A model generated the notes under the pieces. That model searched no databases. It had not been told where the DNA came from and was given only the letters and a program-made list of their open reading frames with translations. Made by a program: the position numbers and the translations under genes. From Macrostomum lignano (lineage: Eukaryota), in NCBI GenBank assembly GCA_002269645.1, contig NIVC01000130.1, positions 496,001-560,000 of the forward strand: DNA of 64,000 bases, written 5' to 3'. How positions within the stretch are numbered: the first letter of the stretch is position 1; the number at the start of each line of letters is the position of its first letter. Positions 11,929 to 23,261 of the stretch are shown piece after piece.

Positions 11929-13353
11929 ATTATTTTAGACATTATTATGGTCTAAACATTATTCTAGACATATTTTAAAGAAAATTTATATTTAATTTTT
12001 TCTATTTCAGTTTAAATGTACATAATAATAAAAATGTTATAAATTGAGGTCGGGAGGGGGTTTAAAAGAAACTTCTGGGGCCGTGGGGTTTTTATTCGTT
12101 TGTCCCAGCCATTCAAATTGGTGCACTTTGAAATTTCAAACAAACTTAAACAAAAACCTCGGCCTGCAAAAGATGGGGAGCTCTGCTGCTAAGTTCCTAA
12201 TCCTCAGGCTCAAGGGGGGGGGGGTAGCTGTGGTCGCAGCTGAGTGGTCTAGTTTTGCCAACGTTCAGAAGGCCAAATGCAGAGATTTGTAGCCAATAAG
12301 GGAACTTCAAAAAAAGCTAGATTTGTTGAGAGTCTTGCTAATAGTAGTAGGTTGCTGCCACCATCGCAATTGTGCGCGGGAAAAGCTCTAAAGCTTGAAA
12401 CTAGCTTGAGTTTGCTCTAGCGCTTCTCAGTAGACCTCTAAGGGTCAAATAAATGCTTCCAAGGTCACAAAGGCTAAGACACTGTTTTCACACACAAATA
12501 TTAACTTGGCCAGAGTAACTAAGTGGCCAGTTGAGCTGGATCTTATTATTGACGGTTAAAACAATAGTTTCACATATAGTAGCAATTGACTAACTTAAAT
12601 CTTAATTGTTAAACTGATGGGCAAGGCGAGGAGCTGGTTGGGTCGGGATGCTGGGCTTACAGGTAGGGTCCCCTGACTCCCCTCAAATATCTGGAGCTCG
12701 GAATTCGGGACGGGTGAATTCAGATGAGAAGGGGGTTCCAGTTGAGAGTCTGGCTAGAAAGGAAAGGCGCAGACTCTTAAATGTGCTCTCATGAGCCACT
12801 GGGAGAAAAAGGGTGGTTACCCTAGGTGGGACAGGAGAGATACTAGGTGGGGAGAGAGGAGGGTACAATGGGTAGTGACAACTAAACATTGGGTGGACCC
12901 TAGGGAAAACATGGTAAAACAAAACATTACGGGAGGTGGAAAGGAAAAATACATTAGGCAAAAAGCGGATTCCTCATAGGGAATGATGTCATAAAAATGC
13001 GCAATTCACTGAGTGAGCAAATTCACTCAGCAGAAACAAAGTTTCATTCAGTGGAAGCAGTGGGAGGCCGCGGCTTCCATATCCCCCGGCAGGCACAATA
13101 AAAGTCCCATGTCAGGGCCATCACTGTGAACTGGGCGGGCCGCAGCGTCGCTTGGCGGCTGGCTGCAGGGTCGGGGTGGCGGCTGGTGTGGCGGCTTGTC
13201 TAGTGCTCAGCTCGCTGAGTTGCTGGAGCTCGCCTGGGCAACCCTGTCGCAACAGCCCAGCCTCCCAGTATGCCCAGAAAAACAGGGTGGCTAGAGCCGG
13301 TTGTGGGCCACCAAGTCGCCAGAGCCGCTGCAGGGCCTCCGCACAGGCCCCTG

Positions 13354-14160
13354 GATGAGGTAGGCAGCGGTCGGCTGGGGCAAAGCACCAATCATCGACC
13401 GCCAATCAGCGTCAACATGGCAGCAGTGCCAGTAAAGGGCATTGTCCAGGGTGGCAGCAAGGGCCTGCCACTACTGGCCTTACAGTTCCGAGTTTGGCCA
13501 GGCAGCGTATGCCCAAGCAGCAACCATCCGCTATTCCTCTTCCAAAAGTTGGCTAGCCAGCCCTGGCAACGAGGGAGCTGGCTGGGTATCTAGAGGCTCG
13601 CCAATTACCCTGATGACTCCTCCTAGATGAGGTAGGCAGCGGTCGGCTGGGGCAAGGCACCAATCATCGACCGCCAATCAGCGTCAACATGGCAGCAGTG
13701 CCAGTACAGGGCATTGTCCAGGGTGGCAGCAAGGGCCTGCCACTACTGGCCTTACAGTTCTGAGTTTGGCCAGGCAGCGTATGCCCAAGCAGCAACCATC
13801 CGCCATTCCTCTTCCAAAAGTTGGCTAGCCAGCCCTGGCAACGAGGGAGCTGGCTGGGTATCTAGAGGCTCGCCAATTACCCTGATGACTCCTCCTAGAT
13901 GAGGTAGGCAGCGGTCGGCTGGGGCAAGGCACCAATCATTGACCGCCAATCAGCGTCAACATGGCAGCAGTGCCAGTACAGGGCATTGTCCAGGGTGGCA
14001 GCAAGGGCCTGCCACTACTGGCCTTATAGTTCCGAGTTTGGCCAGGCAGCGTATGCCCAAGCAGCAACCATCCGCCATTCCTCTTCCAAAAGTTGGCTAG
14101 CTGGCCCTGGCAATGAGGGAGCTGGCTGGGCATCTAGAGGCTCACCGATTACCCTGATGA
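13354..14160. repeat. 272-bp tandem triplication inside a GC-rich decayed ORF
   Basis: GATGAGGTAGGCAGCGG starts at 13354, 13626 and 13898. Confidence 0.9.
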
Positions 14161-14724
14161 TGGGCGCATCAATATTCACCCAATTGTTCGGCAGGTGGTC
14201 AAGTCCAAGTAACGCGAGCAGGTCTTCCTCCATGGTCGCTGCGTGTCTTAACCAACAAAGTAGGTCTGGAAGAGCCGATTGGACTTGGTTCCAATCCAGG
14301 CAGTTGGGCTGGTCTTTATATGGGCCGTCTGCACTCAGTGGAAACGATTTTCCCACCAAGTGTAAGAAAACCATACACTGAGTGGAAAGAATAAGATTGG
14401 GGGCTCGCAATAAAAGTGCCCAAAACATTTAACAGGCATACATGGGGCCATTTAATAAATGATAAAATTAGTTATCATTGGGCCAGCAGAGCTGAATGCC
14501 CTTACAATTAAATGGGGGGGGGTGGAAGAAAGCTGACCACGCTGGGTCATAAAACTGACAATCATCCCATAAGAGACACTGCTGGGGATGCTAACGCTAA
14601 ACTGGCTAGGAGTGAATTACTTGGCTCCATGCCAAATTTAGAGACCGGATTGAAAAGGAAGAGCCTCCCTAGCGCTTAGGGGGCCGGGCCTCCTTACAAT
14701 AGCAAGGGCTTCAAAGCTTACAAA

Positions 14725-15215
14725 GAGTAGAAATAGAATGCAGCTTGTGAATTTGGGACCAAGTGGAATCCAATATAGTACAAGTACATTGAATTAAAAT
14801 TCTTGTGATTGCACCAAGAGGAATGCAAATGATGCCAGCCTCGCCCAAACAAAGTGCTAAGAGGCCATATGGCTTAATAGGTTAATGGGATTAAATAGAT
14901 GCAGCTTGTGAATTTGGGACCAAGCAGAATCCAATACAGTACAAACGGGGAATAAAGTCTTGTACTAGCACCAAGAGGAATGCAAAATGAGGTTGACAGC
15001 AGAGAAACTTGTAAAATAGCACCAAGAGGAATGTAGTTGTGCCAGCCTCGCACAAGTGAAGTGCATAGGAAGCCTTATGGCTTAAATTAGACAGCAGTTA
15101 TGAAATTCTTGTGATTGCACCAAGAGGAATGCAAATGACGCCAGCCTTGCACAAACAAAGTACAAGGCTGGCGCAACTGCATTCCTCTTGGTACTATTTT
15201 ACAAGAGTTTCTTAA
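14725..15215. repeat. Mosaic of short direct and inverted repeats (GCACCAAGAGGAATG core)
   Basis: Core seen five times in direct orientation and once inverted (~15180); GCAGCTTGTGAATTTGGGACCAAG seen twice. Confidence 0.7.
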
Positions 15216-17811
15216 CTGCTTCTAAGAATTTCTACTAGTTTTAGGCCTAAGCTTTGCTCCAAAGAGTTTAGAAAAAAACATGAGTTGCTAATAACAAAAT
15301 TGCCCTTAAATAAATGTCACCTTTTAAATTTTGGCTTTGCTTTGTCTACAGAAAGCTGATAGTTTACATAGGCCTTGACCCTCAAACTTGTTAAGCCCAC
15401 GCGCATGTAGCTCACTGTAGAAAGCTGAAAGGCCTATTATTACCATTGTAAAGTCTAATGATCTAATGGTCTAATGATCTATTAAATATCTGTAGCCTAT
15501 AGAACATATAGAGCCTATAGGTCAATAGACCTATTACTAGACTAGGAGGCCTTATTTAGTTTTAATTAGATCTAGTCGACTGTAACTAGGCTAGTTGCAA
15601 TATAGTTTGTTTTGGTGATAAATGTCATAAGTTATTTTGGTATAGTGAACAGAGGTTTTGCTGATAAATAAGCCTAGTTTAACAAAATTGTTATTTGTTA
15701 TTGAGCAAAGAAATTAAACTGACATATTGCTTTGCCTTTATTTTTATAATTTCTTGACTCTTGTCTTTGTTAGCCCTATTCCAGGATTGAATTCTTGCAC
15801 AAAAGTTGTTATGCGTTTGTGCATGCTTGTCAAATTTTTGCACACTTGCGCCCTGAAAATGAGCCTACTTGCACGCTCTTAAAGAAATGTGTGCACACTC
15901 CATCATATGCGCTTGTGCAAGAAGCTGTTTGCCACAGAATCACAGACAGGATTTGACTTTTAAATGCATTCAACATGGTTATGTGCCATGTGGCATATGC
16001 GCGCTCAAGTTTTCCTACTTTTCATAGTCCAGAAGGTTGTTTTATGCCAGAAAATTTCAAAATAAAAGTAAAACAAAGAATAACAGTTTTTAGCAAAAAC
16101 AGTTACTTTAAAGTTTAGTAAAACTCTTATAATTTTTAAAGAATATTTTCTCTAAAAATATTGTGTTCAAGCTAATTTACACTTGAAATACAATTTTGTA
16201 ATTTATGTTGGTGTAGAATTCAAAAACTAGAAAAATGAAATTTCATTTTTTGCGCATGGGCCATGCTCCGCATTATGACTTATTTTTATAGCTGGCATGC
16301 GTGCTTGCACACTGCTCCAAAAATGTGTGCGCGTGTTTTCCTACCCCCAAGCAAGAATTCTATCCTGGGCCCTATTGCAGCAAATAGGGGTATACATGGA
16401 TGGCGTCTTGTGCACATATGAAAATTTGAAAATCTTGCGCCAATAGATTTTATTGTAAGCACACCTATAGATTGTGTGCGCATCACAGGTGTTGTCTATG
16501 CTGCAAAATGTAGCTTTGCGCACTGTAGTGGTAACACATAATACATGTATGAAATAGACCTGCTCGCGCTGCCGCTGCGCAGTGGTAGCACATGATGATG
16601 ATACATGCACAAAATAGATCTGCACCATGCCACTTCAGTGTTGGCACATGATAGATGCACAAGCACAAGATAGAGCTGCATTAGAGCAGATAGAGTTGCA
16701 GTTTGCTGGCCAAAGTTTGCTAGCTGAAGTTTGCTAGCAAAACCCATGAAGTTGTAGTTTACTAGAGACAATTTTGCTTGTCCAATTTGGCAAGAAACTT
16801 AGTGTACTTATATTAGGACTATTAGATTTGCACTTAATCGCTCTATTGACTATCCTTTTGTTGTATTGATTAGCAGTGATGCAAATCTCTCAATTTATCT
16901 TAATATGAGCGTATTAAAACTGACATGGTACTTGTATGTATGTATGTTGTAATTGAACTCTATAATACTAGCAAGTCCGTGTCAAAACTTATATGGGGAA
17001 ATTGCAAATTTTTCTAACTATAAAATGAAAACTCTATGGATCTTTGGACAAATTTCTTTGCTCAGGCCTATGGACATGGTATTGAACAACTCAGAGCACA
17101 ACATCATAGTTATTATTAGTAATTAGAAGAAACTATAAAATACCAAATGAAAAAAAAACTGGTTTGAGTGTAATAAATTCAAAAGTATGTTATTATATAT
17201 ATTTTTATTAAACTGCACATGCAAAATTCTAAATTTGACAGAATCTTTTTGCTACTACTACAGTACATTGGTTCACCAAGTTATTAACTTAGTTTTAATA
17301 AAATTAAATACATATGCACAAACCTAATTCACTACCACCTGCAGCATTGTCAGGCAGTTGTCACTGCAGGCATTTGGTATTGAAATGTGTTTCTATAACC
17401 ATATTAATATTCTGTGTTTTCTGTCTAAAAAACCTTTTTATCTATATCTTCCATAGCTATATACATAATTAAAGTAGAACTTTACTATTTGTAATACTAA
17501 TTATTTGGTTTATTCAAAATATTATTACCTTTAAAAAACTATATCCATGCTTTTTATAAAGTGTTTTTATATGAGTTTGTGCACAAATTTAAGTTGTGAA
17601 AAAAATTATAATCAAGAATAGGAGGGCCTTCCATAGTCGCAACCAAGCTCTGATAAAACTTACTATTAAAGCTAAATCTCCAGATTGCATTATGGGACAA
17701 TGGCAAAAGCAAGATGGCATATGCGGCATTAATTAATAGCTCACCAATGTATATGTAACCTTGCATGTATATTTTAATTGGGTAAATCTCTATTAATCTG
17801 ACATTCTGCAG

Positions 17812-19171
17812 CACTCGAGCCCCAAACCATCCCGTGAACTCAACGTCAATCTCAAGAATCCCAAAAGCCCCATGGAGACCCGTCACAGGAAGGCGGCCTC
17901 GCCACAGCGCCGCAGGGACACCAGCAGGTCCCGGAGTCGAATCTCGCGACCATCGCTGCCAGCCTCCGCTGCCGCCAGCTCCTCACCGGCTGGCAGGGGC
18001 GGTCGGCGCCACGGCTTTGCTGGTGGGCGGAACAGCCTGGCTGGCGGGGTGCCGAGACAACTGCGATATGATCCAAGCATTGAGCTGCGGCAGGTGCGTG
18101 CGCTTGCTGGGGTATTGGGAGCATCCCAGGTATCCCAGGTACTGAGCAGCCGCACCCTATCCCAGGTACTGAGCAGCCGCACCCATCCCAGGTATCACAG
18201 GTTCTGAGCAGCCGCACCCATCCCAGGTATCACAGGTTCTGAGCAGCCGCACCCATCCCCAGGTGAAAGAGCGCACCCCATTCCAGGTATCCCAGGTACT
18301 CAGCAGCCGCACCCCATTCCCAGGTATCCCAGGTACTCAGCAGCCGCACCCCATCCCAGGTATCCCAGGTTCTGAGCAGCCGCACCCATCCCCAGGTAAA
18401 GGAGCGCACCCCTTTCCAGGTATCCCAGGTACTCAGCAGCCGCACCCCATCCCCAGGTATCCCAGGTACTGAGCAGCCGCACCCCATCCCCAGGTGAAGG
18501 AGCGCATCCCCATGTACACGGACTGGGCCAAGCAGGACGAGCTGTTCGAGACGACGCGACTCGACAGGCAGCGCTACGAGGCCAAGCAGGCGCAGAAGCG
18601 GCTGTCGCAGAGCCTCAACAGCAGCGTGGGAGGCAACTTGAACTCATCGCTGAACTCAAACGCCTCAGACGGCAGCTGCTTCGAGATGGAGGACGATGAG
18701 GCGGTTCTGCTGCGTCGGCAGCGCGACATCGACAAGTCGAAGAACCTGACGGCGTACGCGAACTACGTGAAGTCGGTGCCGAAGCCTCTGCGGGAGAAGG
18801 GCGACCCGCGAACTCCGAACAAGTTCGTGCGAATGTCCCGCAGAGCCTGGGACGGCTGCGTCAAGCAGTGGAAGCTGCAGCTTCATCGCTGGGATGACGC
18901 AGCCAGCAGCAGCGCTGGCATCTCGCCGCGGTCCTCGCCATCGTCCACGCCGCCGCCACCGCCTGCGAAGCTTCCGGCTGACGATGAAGACGGCGACTCT
19001 CGGACCCTCACCGCTGCACCTGCCGCCACCTCCAGCGTCCAGCCCGACGCTCTGCACAGCGGCTTGACCAGCGACGTTCAGGGACTCGCTGTGGGAGCCG
19101 CCTGTCCCAGACTCACCCGCAAGAGGTCCTCCGCCCTCACCGACTCGCCCTCCAAGAAGCTCAAGCACTGA
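17812..19171 (+). CDS. SLBP: Histone RNA stem-loop binding protein (SLBP-like); exons ~17812 (or ATG 17872)-18093 and 18494-19171
   Basis: RNA-binding domain EDDEAVLLRRQRDIDKSKNLTAYANYVKSVPKPLREKGDPRTPNKFVRMSRRAWDGCVKQWKLQLHRWD, with TPNK and SRRxWD conserved. Phase-0 intron CAG|GTGCGT ... CCCCAG|GTG. The 5' end is uncertain (in-frame acceptor at 17811). Confidence 0.9.
18120..18493. repeat. Intronic minisatellite (CCCAGGTA / CTGAGCAGCCGCACC modules) in the SLBP-like gene
   Basis: Direct reading of the repeated modules. Confidence 0.9.
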
Positions 19172-19560
19172 GTTGAATGTGCTGCTCAAATACTGAGTTG
19201 TGTGCTGCTCAAATATTGAGTTGAATGTGCTGTTTAAATATTGAGTTGAATGTGTTGCTCAAATATTGAGTTGAATGTGCTGTTCAAATATTGAGTTGAA
19301 TGTGCTGCTCAAATATTGAGTTGAATGTGCTGTTCAAATATTGAGTTGAATGTGTTGCTCAAATACTGAGTTGAATGTGTTGCTCAAATATTGAGTTGAA
19401 TGTGCTGCTCAAATACTGAGTTGAATGTGCTGCTCAAATATTGAGTTGAATGTGCTGCTCAAATACTGAGTTGTGTGCTGCTCAAATACTGAGTTGTGTG
19501 CTGCTGTGTGATGCTCAAATGCTGAGTTGTTTGCTGCTCAGTGATGCTCAAATACCGGGT
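19169..19560. repeat. ~25-bp tandem repeat TGAGTTGAATGTGCTGCTCAAATAT in the SLBP-like 3' UTR
   Basis: About 14 units; the first unit begins at the TGA stop codon. Confidence 0.9.
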
Positions 19561-21249
19561 TATTTTTATTCTTTTACGGTTTGCAGTTAATTTATTGCAT
19601 CATGGTGCTAACTGAAGTTTTTATATATTTTGTATTTAGTTAATTATCGTTTTTATGCACTTCAGGCTCCATTTGGTAGGGAATTTGACGCTGGAACGCC
19701 TGTTTTTTCATTTTGTCATTATTAATTTTATTATCAACGCAGTCTGCTGTTCGTTTCGTGTTTCGATAGTAATTTTTCTATGTATCTTGTTAGTGTTGTC
19801 TGTATTTGTCGTTTGTCCTACTATGAGTAGGTGAATAGCAATTTCCTGTCTACAATTTCTCCATTTTAGATCTGAAAAAGTCCGAAACTGCAATTATATT
19901 TTTGTTTTTAATTTTGTAAACTGTATTTACAATAATTAGTTTTTGTACATAGCTCTAACTTAATTGTGCAACTGTAAACTAATCATGTCTAGTTGTGTCA
20001 AGGTAGTATTTTTTTTTTGTAATAAACATGCTTTGTCAGGTACTTTGCGAATGGTGTCTAAGATTAAGTGACACTTTCTGCATATTAGATTTTTTAAGCT
20101 AACAAGTTTAAAGTCATTGGAAAGTGAAAAATCTCATCTCATATTTTGACTTCAAACTTGTTCAATTAAAAATCAAATGGGCAATATCGTATCACTGCAT
20201 TTTAGACACCCATCGTCATCATTGTATATTTTTTATATTTGAAAATTGTGCTTATTTTGTCGTTTTAATTGACTTTTGATTTCACTTATTAATTGATAGT
20301 CAGATAGGAACTGAGGTAAAAAACAACCCATGCGTGTTACACGTCAGCAAAGTGACTTTAAATATTTGATTAATTAATTAGTTGCTATCGCAACAATCAA
20401 ACAGGCTACAATAATAATTAAACCACTTTAAAGCTCACTTTCAGGGAGGTTATTGACATAGATTTTGTTTTGCGGGATTTAATCAATCACTTTCCCGGAC
20501 GTATTGCAAGGATATTTGTATGTATCGAAATAAGCGAGCTTCTCTCTAAAAATCTTCTCTCTTCTCTCTAGACTCTAGAAATTTCTTAATGAAATTGTCT
20601 ATGGTAAGAATGTGGGGCTTCGCCCCCACACCCCCAGCAGGGGCTTCGCCCCCACATCCCCATCCCCAACTTCAACCATAGACATACAAGTATGGCTCCG
20701 GGATTTATCTGAATACATCCCGCAAAATTAAAGTAGTTTAGTATAAGATATTCTATGGGTTTGAGGTCGGTATGTGATTAAATCCCGAAAGCCGAAGAAT
20801 ATCTTATACTTATTTGTTTTCAAATAAGTGCTCATAGTTTCCCGGATAGGGCAACTTATGTGGCATTGTTCTCACTCTATTTGCTTTCTCGTTACCTAAA
20901 CTCATTTGAGCGACACTTACCATTTAATGTCGGGGATTTTCGGTAAAGCACAACTTTCCCCATAGACAAAGCTTTGGAACAAAATAAAAAATCCTATTTT
21001 TACTTCCACAAATTTTTATAGAAAACTCAAAACAGACGCTTAAGTACAAGTAGTATTATTTGCTTATGAATTTGCCCAGGTCAAAAAAGTTTAACGGTAA
21101 ACGCGTCTTGTGTGTGGCGACCCCCCAGTCCTCGGACTGAACAGCCGTAAGCAGCCTTCAGATGCGCCGCGCAATAGCTGCGGCTGAGCTGTCGGTTGCA
21201 AATTTCGCCTAATTGGGGCAGGTGTAGTAAATTATTATTATTTGCCTCA

Positions 21250-22705
21250 TTGCCTGTCAACACGTCAGCTAAAGCAACTACAAAAAATGTTTTTTAGCAA
21301 CATATCGGCAGGCTACAATATTTCTACTTGCTGCTCAAAGTTTCCGGATAAGATGATTTTTTGGGCTTCTAAACAGTAGCCTAATGTTGTCTTAACTAAC
21401 TTGAGCTACAGAACTTCTCTAGGGAATTTTCCTTGACCAATTCCGCTGACTCCTGAACACATACAAGCGCGCCAATACTCAAACACACGCTCATATAGGG
21501 TGTACAGCGTCTCCATTGACTTTCCAATTGTCAGGCATGTGCACTCTCTGTGCCTTAGGGGGCTGGCCTTCATGGCTGTGATCTCACGACAGCCCCCTGA
21601 TCAGGCTGCTCAGGGAATCGAACCAGGCTTTGTGTGGCTCCTCCTGACTTAATTCCCACCTTTAGAAACTTGAAAAATTAGCAAAAAAACCTAATAAGCT
21701 TTATTAACATTCAGCCATGTATCAATTTTATTAAAAGCTCTGCTTGTTTTGGCATTAAGCCAACCTATTGACAACTTTGAGCTTATTGATAGACGGAATC
21801 AATGGCTAAGATGAGCAAAAGTTTGCACAACCGGATAAAGGTGATAATTATAAACTCTTGTTACAAAAACTGTCATCTTACTGATTGCAAACTACAGTTG
21901 TACACGATTGAAAAGACCATTCCTTATTTTGCCTGTTACACGTCAGCTCAACGGCATAGTTCAGTATGCGACTTTGAGCAACAATGAGCAGGCTATATAA
22001 TAGTAATATTAGTAATTAATATTGCCGGCTCATAGTTTCCGGATAAGACGACATTTTTATGGCTTTCTCAACTAGTGCAACGTCGCCTTAACTAACTTGA
22101 GCTACACGTGCTATTAGGATTGGTCTCATTTGTTTTTCATCACATTGAAGTACAATTCCTATAGCGGAGTCAATGCGGCACTGGATGAGTACCATTGCTT
22201 GACCCTTGGTTCGAATCCCGGGCTTGTGTACAGAAATTAGTTTGGGGTTTGTACTATTCACAGCCCTGATGGCCACCCCCCCTAAGGCCCAGAGTGTACA
22301 TGTCTGACGATTAGAAAGTCTGGGCCGTTGTACACCCTGGATGAGCATGTGTTTGAGTGCGTGCCAGCGTACAGTATTGACGCGCTTGTTACCGCCAGTG
22401 CTGGTTTGTGAGATATCGCCGAAGTGATTGCTACAGGATGCTTGCAGCCGTCCTGCAAATATTAGTTTTTAAAGAAACACACTTTATTTTGCCTGTTAAC
22501 ACGTCAGCCCAGCGGCATGTAGTTTAATATGCGACTGTTGAGCAACAATGAGCAGGCTATATAACAGTAATGATAAATATTATTACTGGCTCGTAGTTTT
22601 CCGGATAAGACGACATTTTTATGGCTTCGTTGGTCGGTGTATGGCTTCTTGCTGTTGCCGCTGTGTCTATCAATAGCCCTGCTTTCGTCTTAACTAACTT
22701 GAGCC
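21250..22705 (+). repeat. Three degenerate copies of a ~170-220-bp dispersed repeat (~21250, ~21930, ~22483)
   Basis: Shared GCCTGTT(A)ACACGTCAGC...GCAGGCTA...TTTCCGGATAAGA...TTAACTAACTTGAGC. Confidence 0.7.
22165..22390 (+). mobile_element. tRNA-derived SINE-like element; related copies at ~21455-21640 (-) and ~40180-40570 (-)
   Basis: Pol III B-box GGTTCGAATCC followed by a body CTAAGGC...GGGCCG(T/C)TGTACACC...TGTGTTTGAGT; parts of this body recur in the other copies. No full tRNA cloverleaf. Confidence 0.6.
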
Positions 22706-22859
22706 ACATTTGATGTCCTGTAGCTGCAGTGGTGAATGCAGATATATTTCGTATTTTTGGAAATATAATTTCGAGTTTGCTTAGGCCCGGGTGTACCTCC
22801 TAGTATTTGTTTGTCCATGATAGTAGCAAACTTTTACAACTAGTTGCTATACTGCTACT

Positions 22860-23120
22860 AGAGTTACATCTCGGTTGCTATGCGGATACAACCGTTGCTA
22901 TGCTTTAAAAATCCAGTTGCTATGAGGATGCGACCGTTGCTAAGCTCAAAAAAATCCAATTGCTATGCGGATGCAACCATTGCTGAGCTTAAAGAATCCA
23001 GTTGCTATGCGGATACAACCGTTGCTAAGCTTTAAAACACTAGTTGCTATGCGGATGCAACCGTTGCTAAGCCTAAAAACTCCAGCTGCTATGCGGATAC
23101 TGATATCGTTGCTAAGGTGA
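22860..23120. repeat. Minisatellite with GTTGCTATGCGGATACAACC core upstream of HEMK1
   Basis: About 5 units of ~51 bp, each with two GTTGCTA half-sites. Confidence 0.8.
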
Positions 23121-23247
23121 TTCTGGTTAAAAAAAGCTTACTGTGCAGCTTAATCGATTGTTTAACTCCACGTTTCGTGTTTAACTACTTGACCCAGCCT
23201 GTTCCTTGTTCCAGCCTGGCCTTTAGTCGCAGGCGCCAGCATTAACA

Positions 23248-23261
23248 GTTGCTATGACAAC
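23248..23261. promoter_or_regulatory. Perfect RFX X-box (GTTGCTATGACAAC) overlapping the putative HEMK1 start codon
   Basis: Matches the DAF-19/RFX consensus GTHNYYATRRNAAC at every position. Confidence 0.4.

Noticed and set aside
13605-14170. CTGATGA in each 272-bp unit, suggesting hammerhead ribozymes
   Set aside because: No GAAA after a stem II and no closing stems could be found.
22195-22235. tRNA gene (GGTTCGAATCCC); likewise ~40505-40535
   Set aside because: Only a B-box; no acceptor stem or cloverleaf; followed by a SINE-like body.
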